Source: Okamejei kenojei | Taxonomy: Eukaryota | Direction of reading: 5' to 3' | DNA length: 64,000 bases | Assembly (NCBI GenBank): GCA_035221665.1 | Contig: CM069151.1 | Location: 40,238,001 to 40,302,000 of the forward strand | In this document: positions 25,365 to 37,006 of the stretch, in pieces | How the letters are laid out: each line of letters starts with the position of its first letter | Position numbering within the stretch: position 1 is the stretch's first letter | The notes under the pieces: model-generated | The model's input: only the letters and a program-made list of their open reading frames with translations | What the model was told of the DNA's origin: nothing | The model's database searches: none | Made by a program: the position numbers and the translations under genes

Positions 25365-25692
25365 CTCGGGGCCGTGTAGTTAGAAGTGGCGGGTACAGCG
25401 CCAGAGACCCGGGTTCGATCCTGACCTTGGGCGCTGGCTGTGTGGAGTTTGCACGTTAGCCCTGTGACCGCGTGGGTTTCCTCCGGGTTCACTGGTTGCC
25501 CCCCTACATCCCAAAGACGCGGCGGCCTGTCAGTTAATTGGGCTCGGTAACATTGTCCCTAGTGCGTAGAGAGAGGACGAGAAAGTGGAATAACACAGAA
25601 CCAGTGAGACGGATGATGGATGGTTGGTATAGACTCGGTGGGCCAAAGGGACTGTTTCTAGGGATTGCAGAATCTCTAAACTAAACTAAATA
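25365..25692 (+). mobile_element. HE1/V-type SINE
   Basis: gacccgggttcgatcctgacc B-box, tgtggagtttgcacgtt..accgcgtgggtttcctccggg V-domain, and (taaac)n tail. Confidence 0.85.
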
Positions 25693-27636
25693 AGCTCACA
25701 GCCTCACAAGCTACATGTCACCTCTGCCCCATCTCTGGGAGGCTTTGTCGCAGAAGCCGCCTCGGGATGGGAGCAAATCACCATCCACCCCGACCATTAG
25801 CTGAGCAAGTAGGGAACCACCCTCTCTTCGCATCCCACCGCCTTCACCGGTGCTGCCATGGGCCGTCTGAGTTAGGACGGGAGCGAACAATGGCTACATT
25901 GGATGAGTTTGATGCTTTGAATGACATCCACTAACTACTTTTTAAAATAATATTTCACACCCCGTCTTCACAAACAGAAGAAATACGGAGCATTCATTCA
26001 ATGGGTTTTAACTCCACTGTAGAGTACAAATGCTGGAAAGAAAATTAAAATAAATGCTGCAGAAAGGTCCCGAACCGAAACATCACCCATCTTTTTTCTC
26101 TCCAGAGATGCTGCCGGACCCGCTGGGTTCCTCCAGCACTTTGTGTCTCTTGCTTGAAATACTCAGCAGGTCAAGCAGCATCTGTGAATATGAAAGAGGT
26201 TTCCTGAAAACGCGTCCCTTCCGTCCACAGACGCTGCCCGACCCGCTGAGTTCCTACAGCGCCTTGTGTTTTGCTGGTCACTCAATCGCCCGCAATCTTT
26301 GTGTCTTCGTACAAACAGAGTTCACGGGGTCACACGTTGAAACCTTGTCTCCGCCCCTGTCCCCACCGATGCTGCTCGACTTGCTGGGTATCTCGAATCT
26401 CCGATGTCTGCAATATTTGGCTGGGAGTAGGGAGTCAGCCATGTAAAGTGGCGGGGCAGACGCTAACACACAAACCACGCAGAGATTTGGTGTAAAGAAC
26501 GGGGGGGGAAAGGCAAGAACCCAATCAACCCGCCCCGCGGGGCAGCCCCTCTCCCCCTGGAGCCCAGCAAGAACACGCAGACTACCTGAGAATCTATGGA
26601 TAGAGAGAAGGGAGAGAGACGGGGAGAAATATACAGAGATGACGGCACGTAATGTGCAGAAACACGCTGGAATCACACGTACAAACTCGGTCAGACACCT
26701 CTGAACTGCAGACACTCTTTGTAAATTGCAGAGACTTTAATGTCCAGTTTTAACACAACAAGATATAATATGGGCAGCGTCCTCCAGAGATGCTGTCTGA
26801 CCGCTGTTACTCCAGCACTTTGTGTCTTTTTTCGTAAACCAGCACCTGCAGTTCCTTGTGTCTACAATACAGAATACCCCTCTGAATACCCATTATGCGT
26901 CTAACGCTGGCCGCCGAGTGGGTTCGGGGTGCGTTTGTGAAGCTACATTTTCCCAGCCACTAAAGTGATTCTCCCGAAGCGGCGCCACACACATGATCGA
27001 GACGTCTCTGCGATGATAAAGTGTGTGCGCACATGGAACAAATGACATCTACCTGTACGGTAAGTGCAACACTTTACACAGCGAGGGGGTGCATTGAATT
27101 CGGCGCATCCTCATTGTTGGCGGGGCTTGAGTTACAGTGGGGGAGCCGCCCTCCCGCCGCCCAGGTGAGCTGGCCTTACACCTGGCAGAGCACAGACACT
27201 GGCTCGGCCCGTCAGATGGAGCCTGGCGGTGTCGGGTGTCGTTTAATCTGGCGCGTTAAACATTCAGCAGCCGCTGGAGCCCGATCCCCGGCTGCATCCC
27301 TTTGTCAGGGCCGGCGAGGTAAGGTTTCAGTCTTGGCCTGGGTTCAGACGAGTCGATTTTCCTGTATTTCTGGGATCGGGTTTAACACGTGTGGGTGGGA
27401 GACAAAAGGATTTCAATGAGTTTGTGCTGGGGTTGGTGGATGAGCGACGGGGGAGGGAGGGGGGGGGGGGGGAGGTTGAGGGAGATTGAGGACATTGAAA
27501 CAAGATCAGATTCAAGTCGTGCATAAAATATGGAAGAAGAAGGTTCTAATAGTATCCGTCTAATTGTCAACAGCAGGTAAATGAGATGACGGAAAACTAG
27601 CCGCTTGACCCGAGGGGAACGTGGACAGTGGGACGG

Positions 27637-27642
27637 TATAAA
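27637..27642 (+). promoter_or_regulatory. TATA box of a candidate + strand promoter
   Basis: TATAAA in GC/CpG-rich sequence, about 290 nt upstream of donor CAG|GTAACT. Confidence 0.5.
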
Positions 27643-27667
27643 GGCAGTGCCAACTCGCAGCGAGAGC

Positions 27668-27929
27668 CACAGCGGCTTCTGCTCCCGAGGCCACTCTCGC
27701 CGGCCTCCCGTCACTCGCCACCCTCCCTTCTCATTGACTTTGCCGAAGGAAACCGGTGTCTGGAGCCGCTTGTCATTCCATTCTTTCTTCTTTTTTTTTC
27801 TCCCTGGGGAGGCCGGAGCGGAGTTACGAATCTGCGAGTTGCTGCCTGGCTCAGGGGTGACTGGATGAAGAGACGGAGAGAGAGAGAGAGAGAGAGTGAA
27901 GAGAAATATCTGCGGCCGAGAAGCGACAG
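27668..27929 (+). other. Candidate first exon A of an unidentified gene (probably 5' UTR)
   Basis: Start inferred about 30 nt after the TATA box. GC-rich with a (GA)n tract. Donor at 27929/27930. Confidence 0.45.
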
Positions 27930-28989
27930 GTAACTCGGAATTCAGAGTGTGAATTAGACAATGCGCCCAGGGGGCGCGGAGAGGTGGTGGGGGTGGGACG
28001 GGGAGAGAGGACTAAACTTCAATCCAACCTGTTCTTTTTGTGAGTTGTGTCTACACACCCTGCGTTGAAAGATATACGAAGAGCCTCAATGAAATCATTT
28101 TACTTTCCGCCAGCCCCTGGCCACCACGCTCTGTCAACTACATCAGGCTAGACTCAAGTAACCGGAATTAATGCATACATTTAACACCTAAACCAAATCC
28201 CTTGTATGTGAATACTTGGCCAATAAACTTACTTACTTACTTACTTACTCTTAACCAGCAATTTTCTCAGTTCCGACATTATGCCAAGAATGACTGGAAT
28301 TGTCCCGGCTTTGTCTGTATAAAGGGTGAGGGCTTCTTCCGACAGCAATGTGGGAAATTGCATCCAAACTTAATTCAGGGCACTAAGGTGGGAAACTGGA
28401 CCCGAGGCTGTTCAAGGACAGGGAGTGGCTTCAAACTGGCGAAAGAACAGGGAGTGAGAAACTGGATCCCAAGCTGGTTTGTGGACAGAGAATGTAAATC
28501 TGTATGGATGGGGGTTGAGCACTGGATCCAACTGGGTTGTGGACATTTGCAATTTGTAAACCCGTTCAGGGTCAACATGTAATTGGATTTAAAGAGTTAT
28601 TTTAGCAGAGTGTTATAATTTGATCCAATATGGACGGAGCGCAGAGGAAGATGCTTCCGACCAGTTTATTAAAGGGACAATATTTTTAATACTGGCTGAT
28701 ATACTGTATCTCTCTCTCTCTATATATATATATATATACGTTTATACGTCAGCCAGTGTTTTAAGACCGATTAAGACTGTTCCAACAATTGAACAAAGCT
28801 GAAAGAGTCGATTATATATAAGAGCTAGTGTGTGGAGAATCTTGTTCCTTTAATAAACTAGTCTGAATATGTATGTAATATATTAGACTCTTTATTAAAG
28901 GCCGATTATTTATATATATTAAATAGTGTTATAGAGTATTATAAACACGTTTTGAATTACATTATAGGGAGTGTAGAAGAGTTTTTAGA

Positions 28990-29900
28990 GAGTTTTGTAA
29001 TGCTCTTCACACAACGTATGTAAGTAACACCTTTACATTGTGCTTACCTTCCATACATGATGCCTCACCTTGTCCTTCAGTGCTTCACCGACTGTGCTTG
29101 TAGCACCCCTGTACCACTTACCATTCTCACACCATGCCTGTAACCCTTTTCTGCGGTACCTATACTGTTCTTTAAACGTTGGTCATAATACTCTTGAGTA
29201 GTACTTATACCAATCTTGTATTTTAAAGACTTCTACATAGAGCTTGAACCTACTTTGCTTGTAACACTCATTCACCATGCGTGAAACGCTATTGGAGTGT
29301 GTTTGTGGCACCTTCTCACATGGTGTTTGTGTTAATTACCTAACATTTAGACCATTATTGCATTGTGCTTAGAATTCATACACTGCTTATATTCCCTATA
29401 GTGTCTGCAATAACTTACCCAATGATTTTAACACTCTTGAACCCTACTTAGATTTCTGACAAAAAGCTTGTAACATTCTTACAAAGCATGTCGAACATGC
29501 ACACTGCGGCTGCTGTGCACAATTCCTCACACAATGCCTGCAATACTCCTTATACTGTGCTTGTAGTATTCTTACATTGTGCTAAGGAACCTTACACTGA
29601 CTTTACATTCTTTGTTCTTTTTTTTTCATTATGTATCATTTATATAAACTGCCCGCAACACTCCTTCCAGAGTCCTCACCTTAATTTGCTTGTAATAGTC
29701 ATACATTAGCTTGTGACAATTTGCACTGCACATGTGACAAATCACAGTGTGTTAGTAGCATTCTTACATTCTACCTGCAATATTCATTGTACAGAGCTTG
29801 TAACAGGGAGTACAATTCATGCAATACTCCTTACAATGTGCTTAGGCTCTTTACACAATGGTTGAAAATCTTCTTGCACATAATGTTAAGCTTGCAAAAG
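28990..29900. repeat. Degenerate minisatellite, unit about 22 bp (tgcttgtaacactcttacac..)
   Basis: Recurrent gcttgta(a/g)ca and cttacac words throughout. Confidence 0.6.
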
Positions 29901-30479
29901 ACCAATTTTATCTAGAAAATGAGTTAATCGGCAACAGATCTTTTGATCTTTGCCTGTGAGCATGTTTCTGCAACGTAGAAATATAGGCTAAGTATACAGG
30001 ATGCAGATAGTTCCCTATGTAAATTAAAAGAACCTCCAGAAAACAGAGTTTTGGTTCAAGGATGGTTGGGTGACATTAACCTGGGTATAACTATGGAGCC
30101 ATTTACAAATAAAACCATCTGGACCATCACATTTATGACCATAACTTTATGAATTGATAGGCAGAAGGAAAACAACCAGGAACTGAGAGATTCCCAAGCT
30201 AGGAAGAAGGGGAGGTAAACGTGTTGCAATACAAGTATGCATGGTGATTTGCTTTGCAGCTCAGCTGTGTTACACAAGCACACAATCACACATGCACTCA
30301 CATCTAGAAATACTCATACTCTGGTATACCGAGAACTGCATATTCAAATATACACACAACATATACACTCACACAAACATATACAGGAATGCATTTACAG
30401 ACATACTAAGCTACACAAGCACATTTATAAGATTAGCTTATGTCATACACAGCACAGTGCAATGAAACCGTACAAAGTA

Positions 30480-31900
30480 ACTGGGTTACATGGTACTGAT
30501 AGATACAACAATAATGACAATAACAAATGCTAAACAATAGAAAGGTGCAAAGACTGCAGTGAAATTTGTAATAATACAAAAAAATACTAAAGTGCAATAA
30601 TTGAATTAGCGAATGAGGTGGAGTTAAGAGTAAGAGTATGTTGCAGCATCTCCGGGAAGGGGATGAGAAAAAGGTGAATGGTTCAGGAGTCTGGTGGAAA
30701 CTATTTTAAATCTGGACCTCCAGGCTTTCAAGGTGCTGTGTCTTCTCCCCGAAGGTAGAAAAGAGTAAAGAGAATGGATAGGGTGGGCATTCGTAGATGA
30801 TACTTCCAGCCTTCCTAACACAATGCATTATGAAGATAGCCCGGATCATAGGAAATTACAAGCTTGTGATGGACTGGGCTATGTTCACTGCTCTCTGTAC
30901 AGTTGTGTGGTCAAGTGCACGGCAGTTGCTATATCAGGCAGAATAATTTCTATAGCGAATCTGTAGAAGTTTGAGAAAATCCTCATGGACGTGCTGAATT
31001 TTCTCAAATGCCTAAGACAGTAAAAATGGGGATGTGCTTTCTTGATCATTCAGTGCAAAGGGACTGGGTTACATTGCTGGTGATATGGATGCTTAGGAAC
31101 GTGAAGCTGTCAACCATCTCTACGGCAGCTCATTTGATGAGGACAGAGTTGTGTTCACTCCCCTGCTTCCAAGCAACTGATTCCAAGGTCAGCAAGCAAC
31201 TGATTGGCCTTGCTGATGTTAATGGCCATGTTGTGTTCTGCCCGAATGCCACAAGGTTCCTGATCTGTTTCCTGTACCTCATCTCATCATTATCGCTGAT
31301 CTGAGGGACAAGGTTGTTATTGGCAAACTTACACATCAGCCTGGTGCTGTACTTGGTTGTACGGTAGGTGGAGCAGGGGACCGAGCACCTGTGCTGAGGG
31401 TCAGGGTGGAAGGAATGTCATGACCAATTCTAACTGATTGCGGTCCTCTGGTCAAAAGGTTCAGACACCAAAGCAGATGGAGGCCCCAAGGCCAAGGACC
31501 GGGAGTTTAGAGATGAGCTTATTTGGTATTAGAGTGTTGAGGGCTGTGCTGTAGTCAATGGAGAGCATCCTGAAATATTTCTTATTGCTAGGATGATCCA
31601 GAGCTGGATGTAGTGCAAGAGAGATTGCATCCTCCCTACTATTCCTGTACGTGAATTGCGAAAGGGCTACTTTGTTCAGAAGGATGGTGCAGATCTGGGT
31701 CATTAGCAGTCTTTGAAAGCACTTCATTATGATCAATATTAAAACTACTGGGCAGTAATCATTGAGGCAGCTCATTTTATTTTTCTTGGAGATTAGAATG
31801 ACAGAGACTTTCTTGAAGCAGCTGGAACAGTAGGCTGTGGAAATGAGAGGTCAATAAAACACGTGGCCAGTTGATTGGCACACAATTTCAGAACCCATCC
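30480..31900 (-). mobile_element. Rex1/Babar-type LINE, degraded RT
   Basis: ORF 31461-31775 (CLNDYCPV..IIMKCFQRL..QFTYR..DAISLALH..RMLSIDYSTALNTLIP) and ORF 30624-30821 (HPIHSLYSFLPSGRR). Confidence 0.85.
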
Positions 31901-32072
31901 AGGGACCAAAAAATGTTACTCCAGAACATTGTGTGTTTTTTTTTTTGTAAACCAGCTTCTGCAGTTCCTTGTTTCTACTTTATCTAGACCAACTGCTTTA
32001 CAAGCAGATCTACAGAGAAACATATACACACACACACAATGTAATATCTGCAAGCACATTGAAAGGGAGACA

Positions 32073-32300
32073 NNNNNNNNNNNNNNNNNNNNNNNNNNNN
32101 NNNNNNNNNNNNNNNNNNNNNNNNNNNNNNNNNNNNNNNNNNNNNNNNNNNNNNNNNNNNNNNNNNNNNNNNNNNNNNNNNNNNNNNNNNNNNNNNNNNN
32201 NNNNNNNNNNNNNNNNNNNNNNNNNNNNNNNNNNNNNNNNNNNNNNNNNNNNNNNNNNNNNNNNNNNNNNNNNNNNNNNNNNNNNNNNNNNNNNNNNNNN
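32073..32300. other. Assembly gap (228 N)
   Basis: Run of N. Confidence 0.99.
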
Positions 32301-32660
32301 ATTCACCAATGCCCGTGAAAAAAAATTTAATCTTATCTCAATCCAAAAGGGCATAGCCCTTTTCTGAGACTGCAAACCCTGTTTCTAAATTATCGAGCAG
32401 GAGAAAAATCCTCCCTGCATCCAGCCTGTTGGGCACTGCAGGATTTTGAGCTTCAATTAGATCTGCTCTCATTCTTCTAAACTCCAGAGAGTACAAATCT
32501 ACTCTCTCTAATCTCCCCTCATACACATGTCAAACACAACATTGCCAGAACCAGTCCAGAGAATCTCCCCTGCATTCTCTGTGGCATGTATATCCTTGTG
32601 TAGAGTGAGGGGGCCAATATGTACATAATATTCCGGGTGTGATATCACCTAGGCGCTATG
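32301..32660 (-). mobile_element. Degraded CR1-type LINE fragment
   Basis: ORF 32338-32526 (YEGRLERVDLYSLEFRRMRADLIE). Confidence 0.8.
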
Positions 32661-33068
32661 TTTTGCACAAAAGTGCATAAAAGTGCTGGAGTAACACAGC
32701 AGGTCAGCTAGCATCTCTGGGGAACATGGACGATGTGATATTTTGGGGTCGGGACCCTTCTCTGCTATTTTTTTGGCAGTGGTCATCTTCACCTTTTCAC
32801 TCAAATCCCCTTTATTGTACAGAGTTTACTTCACTCTCATGTTGGTTCATGGGGGTGACTTGTGAACAACGAGATCTTTTTTTTGGTGATAGACACTAGC
32901 GTGGAGGTGAATTGACCTCACAGCCTCGCTGGAAATAGCTTGAATTATTCAACGTCAGAGTGGTCATGAGTTGACTGAAGATAACTGGAAGGTTGACTGA
33001 AGATAACATGGATAACTGGAAGGTTGACAAAGAACAATGATATTGTGATACAACAGTTAGATTGAAAG

Positions 33069-33172
33069 CAAGATTAGTCTGAAGAAGGGTTTCCACCCGA
33101 AACGTTGCCTATTTCCTTCGCTCCACGGATGCTGCCTCACCCGCTGAGTTTCTCCAGCATTTTTGTCTACCT
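33069..33172 (+). mobile_element. Penelope-type short element with hammerhead-like core and 14-bp TSD
   Basis: TSD agttagattgaaag at 33055-33068 and 33173-33186. Core CTGAAGAAGGGTTTCCACCCGAAACGTT at 33079-33106. Confidence 0.85.
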
Positions 33173-33517
33173 AGTTAGATTGAAAGGGTCGGCGAGAAAG
33201 ATCGGAGAAAAGGGGAGATCGAAAGATACGGAGACAGCTGTGAAACCGGATAGCAAAGACTAAATTGTTGCGCAGACTGAGCAAAGGTAAATGCATCTGT
33301 GATGGAACATCAGGCTGAACGAGATGCCTGCGGCAAAGAATGCAGCGGGATCAGAGGCCGAGCGTAGCGGTGATAAGTGTGCAGCTGGGCGTTGAGTGGC
33401 TGAGAAATGTTGCACATATAGACAGACAGACGACACTAATGTAAATTGACTTTCTCTTGAATCGGGCTGGGGATATAGACTCGGAGTAGCCAAGTGCTGC
33501 CATTCTCCGCCCCTTCA

Positions 33518-33549
33518 AGGCGAGGCGAGGCGAGGTGAGGCGAGGCGAG
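33518..33549. repeat. (AGGCG)n pentamer microsatellite
   Basis: aggcgaggcgaggcgaggtgaggcgaggcgag seen directly. Confidence 0.9.
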
Positions 33550-33760
33550 GTACGCTGCTGGGGTCTCCCTGTAGACCGAGAAGGAACGCAGAACACAGAG
33601 ACTGGGTCTGGGTGGGGGGTTGCTTCGCACTCTGGGGGAGGGCCGAGGGTTTTGTGCAGCCAGGTGCAGAGGCACGGGGGTGGGGGGGGGAGGGGAGGAG
33701 GAGTGATGGGTGAGGGGTTGGGGGTGCCTGGAAGGGGGGGGGGGGGGTGGGGGGGGGGGT

Positions 33761-33792
<32 letters not shown>

Positions 33793-33989
33793 AACAAGGC
33801 CAGCCAGAGAATGTTAACTGTAGATACTGATCCGAAGGCCCTGCGGCGTGAAGCAGGAAGGTGTGTCAGGAGGGAACTAAATCCCCTCGCACGCCTGAGC
33901 AGATCTTCCCCGACCAGTTAGAGAGCAGCAATGAGTGTAAACCAAAGTGTCTCCTAAACAGGCAGCGCTCTCATTAACATGTGCCCCCC

Positions 33990-34137
33990 CCCCTCTCTCC
34001 TCTCCTCCTCTCCTCCCCACTCTGCTGCAAAGTCGCAGCTTCCCTCCTCCCAGCAACATAACTCCTCCCTTGCCGTCCACACGTGATGGTAGATCCGGGC
34101 TAATTGATGGGAATGGTATGCGCTTGTGGTTCTTAAG
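33990..34137 (+). other. Candidate first exon B
   Basis: Pyrimidine-rich leader downstream of a G-rich tract. Near-consensus donor AAG|GTGAGT at 34137/34138. Start uncertain. Confidence 0.45.
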
Positions 34138-34209
34138 GTGAGTTTGATTCATTTCTAAACCACCTTAGAGCGCACCTGGGCAGAGGGAGGACCGGGTGAC
34201 ATTGGCGGC

Positions 34210-34275
34210 AGGCTGGGCTGGGCTGGGCTGGGCTGGGCTGGGCTGGGCTGGGCTGGGCTGGGATGGGATGGGATG
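34210..34275. repeat. (GGGCT)n/(GGGAT)n pentamer microsatellite
   Basis: Seen directly. Confidence 0.92.
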
Positions 34276-35117
34276 AGATTACCAGAGGGGTAAGATGCTT
34301 ACAGTTTTACCACAAACAAAGCTGCCTTGGGCGCCGTCTGGTTCATCTGGCTCAGTGGGAGAGGAGCATAGAGGACGGGCGACGGAGAGAAAGATGAGAA
34401 CAGAGAGAGAGGGAAGGGAGGTGATAAGATGGCGAGAGGGACGGAGGGGAGGGGAAGAAAGGAGGCAGCGATGGGTGAAAAAGACAGAGATGGGTGGAAG
34501 TAGGGGAGAGGGGCGCGGGTGAAACGCAGAGAGGTCGATAGCCGGAGAACGAGATAACATGAACGAGAAAATATTTAAAAAATAAGAAAAAGAATGCGGA
34601 ACACGGGAAACGGCGTTTGCTGCTTCTGCATGTGTGCAGGTACAGGGGACAGTCGGCTGGGCGCAGTTGCGATCCCATATCACGGAAGTCAGGTAGCAAA
34701 GAGGCGGCTTTCCGCTCCTTCCTTTGTGTATCTGTTCAAGATGACACAGGTAGAGTCTAACGCAGAGCGGGTGGGATCAGGGCAGGAGCGGAGAGAATCG
34801 GGTCAAATGATAGTTGCCGCTTGTCCAGAGGGGGGTGGGTTTTAGGGACATTGAGCCGCAGTGGAAATTCAAACGAATTTCGACCGATGCACACTTATTT
34901 GGACGGCATCCCAGACATTTCCTTTAAACGGATCAGTTGATGGCATCCGGAGCAGTAGCGAATGTAGCTGGTTCACTCGCCCAGTCTCCTCCTTCCTGCC
35001 CGCACTGTGGCAGCGGCCCAGTTTGGTGCTGTCTTTATTTCAGTTAAAAACTAAATAAAACTAAACTCCGTTGAGAAAGGAGCGGCTGCAGACCCAGAAT
35101 CAAAGCACGGCTGTAAA

Positions 35118-35145
35118 ATGGCGAAGCTCCTGCGGCGAATTGCAG
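35118..35145 (+). CDS. Candidate start-codon segment MAKLLRRIA in exon 35044-35145 (N-terminus or uORF)
   Basis: Acceptor tctttatttcag| at 35043, strong Kozak AAAATGG, perfect donor CAG|GTAAGT at 35145, phase 1. Protein not recognised. Confidence 0.45.
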
Positions 35146-36866
35146 GTAAGTCTCTGCTCTGCCCATTCGCTCTTTCAGCAGAATCTTAGATTTGAAAAAA
35201 AATAACATCATATATTTAAATATTCCAATTCGGGATTTTTGCAGTTTTATACGGAGGTTGTTGGAGCGGGTTTGGAGCGATTGTAATGTTAATGATCAGA
35301 ACCAGTTTGTCCTAACCAGCCTGTGGATCCAAAGCTCTTTTGTCCCGGATAGGTAATGGTGAATAAAACGCTGGAGGCCCGGGTAAGTTGCTGCAAAATT
35401 ATTCCTGGCTACGGAGGGAATTGTTTTCCAAACTTACTGATGTTTTAATGAAATCTCGCAACCCTCGTTAGAGTTTATCTAACTCTATTATCTAACACTG
35501 TTGCTAAGATGTGGTTTGCGACTAATTTTTAGGCGCCAAAATCTGAAGCTAGAGGTTTGTTTTAATCGCTGGAAAAAAACAAAACCTCTCTCGGCGTATA
35601 TTCGTTAAACCTCGCCTTTATGGGGAATGAGACAGTGTATATTCACAGACTGTTTTCTTCAACGGTCTTGTCTCCAAACCAATTCCCACCAGTTGTCTTG
35701 CCCCTTATTTTTCCAGATCTACCTGCATATTGTTAAGACGTGCAAACGTATAATCTGCATAAAATTGTAAGGTCGCGCCCAGCCCCGATTAAAGCGCAAA
35801 ACGAACGAATCTGTATGAAAGTGCAAGGACAGACGGTGAAGTGGGAAATATTATCTGATGCATCCTCTCAAAGCTGCATCGTCCTCGCCTTGTCTTGGGA
35901 AGGGGGAGGGGGGAGGGGTAAATAACAATATTAAAATCAGAATATTCCCCCATTTATCCAGTGTTGTAACTGAACAGAAAATAAGAGATGCACAAAACAA
36001 CCAAAAATCCAGAATGGTTTTATTACCGGGCACAATGTTTCACTTGGAAATTTAACATTCAGAACAAATTAGTGAGAAGAAACCGAGCGGACACTTTATC
36101 TTGAATTAAATCCTGATCATCGACGCTCTTTTTTTAAACCATTTTGGTGTTTTGAAACAATAGGTCAGCTTAACGTACCTTACATACCTGCTTGCATGCG
36201 TTTTCTAACGGTGTATCATATTTATTAGTGTAATTTTTAGAGCAATGATCTTTCCAATCATTCATCATTTGAATTTTCAGATGGCCATTCGCTGCGCCCC
36301 TATATTTCCTACGGTGCTATAAATAGATTAGCCGGCATTTTTGTATTTAAAGGCGAAGAGACAAAGAGAGGCTTTGCACTTTAGGCTGAAACAGCAAAAA
36401 GATTCCAAGTATTCATCTGGTTTGTTAATAGTTCAACCTTTTTAAAGGTTTCACCACCACATCTTGAGATCAATTCACAGGGTGTTTGTTGGTTCGTGAG
36501 GGTGCGTTTAAACTACAGATTGATATAACACTGCAAAATCGCCATCCACTCTTAGATAATGTGCATTCCTGCTTCGATTAATACCCCACCCCCCCCCCCC
36601 CCCCCCCACCCCCCCTCCCCACGCCCCGACATTCTGCGGTTCATCGGAGAGTGCAGTAAGTGCATTTTATCATGAAGACAATAACTTCACGTCCGCTGCA
36701 CTATCACACAAAATGGCCATAAACCAAGCCTGGATATAGACTTTGACAAGCTCAATATATAGATGCAGATAAATCATGAAGTCTTATCATAAAAAAAAAT
36801 AACATCGGAAGCAATAACATTTAAAGTGACAGGAAAGCACCATGAAAATGAATCAAAATTGTAAAG

Positions 36867-37006
36867 AAGTCTGAAGAAGGGTCTCGACCCGAAACGTCGC
36901 CTATCTCCTTCGCTCCTTAGATGCTGCTGCACCCGCTGAGTTTCTCCAGCTTTTTGTGTACCCTCGATTCTCCAGCATCTGCAGTTCCTTCTTTAAAAAA
37001 AAAAAA
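36867..37006 (+). mobile_element. Intact-looking Penelope-type short retroelement: hammerhead core, body, A-tail, 16-bp TSD
   Basis: TSD aatcaaaattgtaaag at 36851-36866 and 37007-37022. A-run from 36995. Confidence 0.9.
36871..36898 (+). ncRNA. Minimal type I hammerhead ribozyme-like motif
   Basis: CTGAAGA-A-GGGT(CTCG)ACCC-GAAAC-GTC: both core boxes, a 4-bp stem II, palindromic ACGT stem III and a GUC triplet. Stem I is weak (2 bp). Confidence 0.65.

Larger units (their letters stand above)
22700..28130. promoter_or_regulatory. CpG-rich domain 1 (CpG-island-like)
   Basis: Visibly higher CpG density than 1-22 kb. Edges judged by eye, not computed. Confidence 0.65.

Noticed and set aside
25385-25430. 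tRNA-like B-box sequence
   Set aside because: It is a SINE head followed by the V domain and LINE-type tail, not a tRNA gene. The same applies at about 9225 and 59150.
28990-29900. Regularly spaced repeats as a CRISPR-like array
   Set aside because: Vertebrate DNA, degenerate units, no unique spacers between identical repeats and no cas genes.
31875-32375. ORFs of 121-147 aa
   Set aside because: They run through the N gap.
33351-33921. Pro-rich and Gly-rich ORFs
   Set aside because: Translations of the G/C-run tract, with no domain or supporting splice structure.
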